DNA of 35,150 nucleotides, from contig PUKU01000032.1 of NCBI GenBank assembly GCA_003550625.1, positions 1 through 35,150 on the forward strand, given 5' to 3'. The first letter of the stretch is position 1. Each line of letters starts with the position of its first letter. The notes beneath the pieces are model-generated. The model was not told the origin of the DNA, did not search any database, and was given only the letters and a program-made list of their open reading frames with translations. Position numbers and translations under genes: made by a program. This document shows, piece after piece, positions 33,203 through 35,150 of the stretch. Origin of the DNA: Candidatus Aenigmatarchaeota archaeon. Lineage in GTDB: Archaea; Aenigmatarchaeota; Aenigmatarchaeia; PWEA01.

Positions 33203-34924
33203 GTGGGAGGTATTAAGCTTGTATTCAGCAAACAAAAACTGTGGTACGTTCTACTCATAGGTGTGCTTGTTTCAAGCACCTGGGCAAACCTATCCGTGAC
33301 AACCCAGGAGGAACTGGTCTTCGGTGACGAAGGTTACTACGCATCGACGAGCCAGGGCTTCGCGGAGAACCTGGATGTGAGATACAGGACCGTGTTCGGC
33401 GAGACGGACCTGGTCGGTAAAGAGTATCACACAAGAGAACCCATGACCTTCCTGATGTTAGGATCATTCTACATGTTGTTCGGTGAGATGGGGATGAAGA
33501 TCCTCATACCAATGGTATCCGTTGTTTCTGCTCTGTTCCTCTTCTTGCTCGTAAAGAAGATGCACTCGGTGGAAGCAGGAGTTCTCTCGGCTCTCCTCTA
33601 CCTGGCTGTACCGGCTATAGTTACCCATACCGTGTTCGTGTACGTGGAGCATATCGCACTCATGTTCCTCATAGGATCCTTCTACTTCCTCTACAGCTAC
33701 ATCAAAGACGAGGACTTTCTTCATCTGATATTCACGGGAGTTCTCTTCGGATTTTCAATACTAACGGCACAGAACGTTATTATCGTACCGATAATATTCG
33801 CAGTAGTCCTCTTGCTCTACAAGGTAAGCTGGGAGGGGTGGTTCAAGGAGTTCGGAACCCTTGTCCTCATAACACTGATAATGATGGCCCCGTGGATGGC
33901 CCACAACTACCGTGTGGGCAACGGACTGGGATTTGACACGCACAGGGTCCTGGAGCCCCTTGGTCTTGATCTGAGGGAACCTTCACAGGACTACACCGAA
34001 CAGCTACCCGGAATAGAAACAGGTGGCTTCCCAGAGGACCCAAGGGACGTTGGTGGCATACACGCACAGGGTTATATCAGTTTCATAGAGTTTGCTTACA
34101 CAATCCCCATATTCGTACTGGCTATGCTCGGGTTCTCATTCTACCTCGTAAAGAAAAACAAGAAGTATGCGATTCCCCTGCTCTGGGCACTGGTCATGTT
34201 CGCGGTGATATACTCGTTACTGTGGCACAGAAGCTTCGATATGGTATCGAGGAACCTTCTGTACATAACTGCACCGCTGGCCATGGCAGCATGGTTTGCT
34301 TCAGAAAAGATATACAGATACCTAAACAGCTTCGAGTCCACGGGCAAGATGCTCGGAATATTCTTCGTGCTTGTCCTCGTCGGTTGGTCCCTTTTCACCG
34401 TTGCAGCCAAGGCCGAATCGCTCCGGCCACAGAAACAGTTCTCCGAACCGTTCTTTGAGGCATGTGACTGGGTAAGCGAAAATACACAGGAGGACTCTGT
34501 AATGCACTATGTATACAGGTGGAGAACCCTGTACCACTGCCAGAGACATAGTATAAGAAACGACTTCCACGGGATGGAAGATGCTATAGTCTCAGCGGAC
34601 CAAAACACATATGAAACGTACAAGGCTATAGGCGTGGACTACGTGATGCTACACAGCCGGCTGGTCGACTGGAATCCAGGAGTGCAGTCGTACTCCTTCG
34701 ACTTCGTACAGTATATAATGTTCGACCCGCTTTACGAGCAGGTCTACAGCTACCCCGATGGATGCAACATAATGGACATGCAACAGGACTGTGTAGCTGT
34801 TTTCGAGATCCTGGACGAAGAGGATGTGGACGAAGAAGCACCAGATGAACAGACAATAACCATAGATCCCGAGGATCTCGAGGGAGAAGAAGGCGACGAA
34901 GAGGCTCAAATCGAGCTTGGTTAA
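33203..34924 (+). CDS. GT-C fold membrane glycosyltransferase (family 39/83, PMT/ArnT-like) with an acidic tail
   Basis: 573 aa. More than 10 TM helices, an early loop with DEGYY (a DE motif as in PMT/ArnT enzymes), a soluble C-terminal domain and a D/E-rich tail. GTG start at 33203, 5 nt after AAGGTGA; the start is uncertain. Confidence 0.7.
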   Translation: MGGIKLVFSKQKLWYVLLIGVLVSSTWANLSVTTQEELVFGDEGYYASTSQGFAENLDVRYRTVFGETDLVGKEYHTREPMTFLMLGSFYMLFGEMGMKILIPMVSVVSALFLFLLVKKMHSVEAGVLSALLYLAVPAIVTHTVFVYVEHIALMFLIGSFYFLYSYIKDEDFLHLIFTGVLFGFSILTAQNVIIVPIIFAVVLLLYKVSWEGWFKEFGTLVLITLIMMAPWMAHNYRVGNGLGFDTHRVLEPLGLDLREPSQDYTEQLPGIETGGFPEDPRDVGGIHAQGYISFIEFAYTIPIFVLAMLGFSFYLVKKNKKYAIPLLWALVMFAVIYSLLWHRSFDMVSRNLLYITAPLAMAAWFASEKIYRYLNSFESTGKMLGIFFVLVLVGWSLFTVAAKAESLRPQKQFSEPFFEACDWVSENTQEDSVMHYVYRWRTLYHCQRHSIRNDFHGMEDAIVSADQNTYETYKAIGVDYVMLHSRLVDWNPGVQSYSFDFVQYIMFDPLYEQVYSYPDGCNIMDMQQDCVAVFEILDEEDVDEEAPDEQTITIDPEDLEGEEGDEEAQIELG

Positions 34925-34939
34925 AAACAATAGATAGAT

Positions 34940-35150
34940 ATGCATTACTACTACCTCGGCGGAGTTTCAATCCTGGTAGCCTTTATTACAACTTTATTTT
35001 TAACTAAGAAATGGATAAGCATCGCAAAGGGCATGGGGCTCACAGGGAAGGATATAAATAAAGAAGACGAACCAGAAGTCGCGGAATCCGGTGGAATAAC
35101 AGTTATAATAGGTTTAACTTTTGCAATTCTATTTTTCATATTCTCATTGA
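34940..35150 (+). CDS. UDP-HexNAc:dolichyl-phosphate HexNAc-1-phosphate transferase (GPT/MraY family, AglH-like), 3'-truncated by the window edge
   Basis: Not in the ORF track because it is open at the window end. MHYYYLGGVSILVAFITTLFLTKKWISIAKGMGLTGKDINKEDEPEVAESGGITVIIGL matches the N-terminal pattern of archaeal GPT enzymes (GL.G.D.nK....VPE.GG). Confidence 0.65.
   Translation, partial: MHYYYLGGVSILVAFITTLFLTKKWISIAKGMGLTGKDINKEDEPEVAESGGITVIIGLTFAILFFIFSL

Noticed and set aside
1-35150. Window-wide check for CRISPR repeats, IS elements or inverted terminal repeats, integrases, tRNA-flanking direct repeats (islands), restriction-modification, toxin-antitoxin or other defence genes.
   Set aside because: I could not see any regularly spaced repeats or long direct/inverted repeats by eye. 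Every ORF of credible coding quality has a housekeeping or envelope function, or is a lone hypothetical. The ACAG repeat at two points inside the tRNA-Trp locus does not yield a valid tRNA when collapsed, so it is not a target-site duplication.

Overview
This is a dense, mostly housekeeping chromosomal segment of an archaeon. Markers include RNase P protein subunits, aIF6, L31e/L39e/S19e, AglB, type-2 IPP isomerase and intron-containing tRNAs. The predicted proteins are very acidic, several with poly-D/E tails, and TATA-like elements sit about 25-35 nt upstream of many ATGs. By inference this suggests a compact-genome, salt-in halophile (Nanohaloarchaeota/DPANN-like or similar), but taxonomy cannot be confirmed without a database search. 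I call 34 protein genes: two are cut by the window edges and one, L39e, is missing from the ORF track. I also call 2 tRNA genes, both with introns, and 1 stand-alone box C/D sRNA candidate. I saw no CRISPR array, transposase/integrase, toxin-antitoxin or recognisable defence genes, and I did not find a convincing new multi-gene system. The most unusual signals are at the RNA level. (1) A tRNA-Trp gene carries two introns, one non-canonical at position 25/26, and a long canonical one with a box C'/D' K-turn placed to guide methylation of C34. (2) An unannotated C/D sRNA has non-consensus but covarying boxes, and one guide matches the universally conserved 23S P-loop. At protein level the notable items are an L31e fused to two C2H2 zinc fingers, a HIT protein lacking the catalytic histidines, a SecD with a PDZ-like insert, a secreted ComEA-like HhH protein, a tandem pair of CPA2-RCK antiporter paralogs, and a four-gene N-glycosylation cluster containing two GT-C enzymes.
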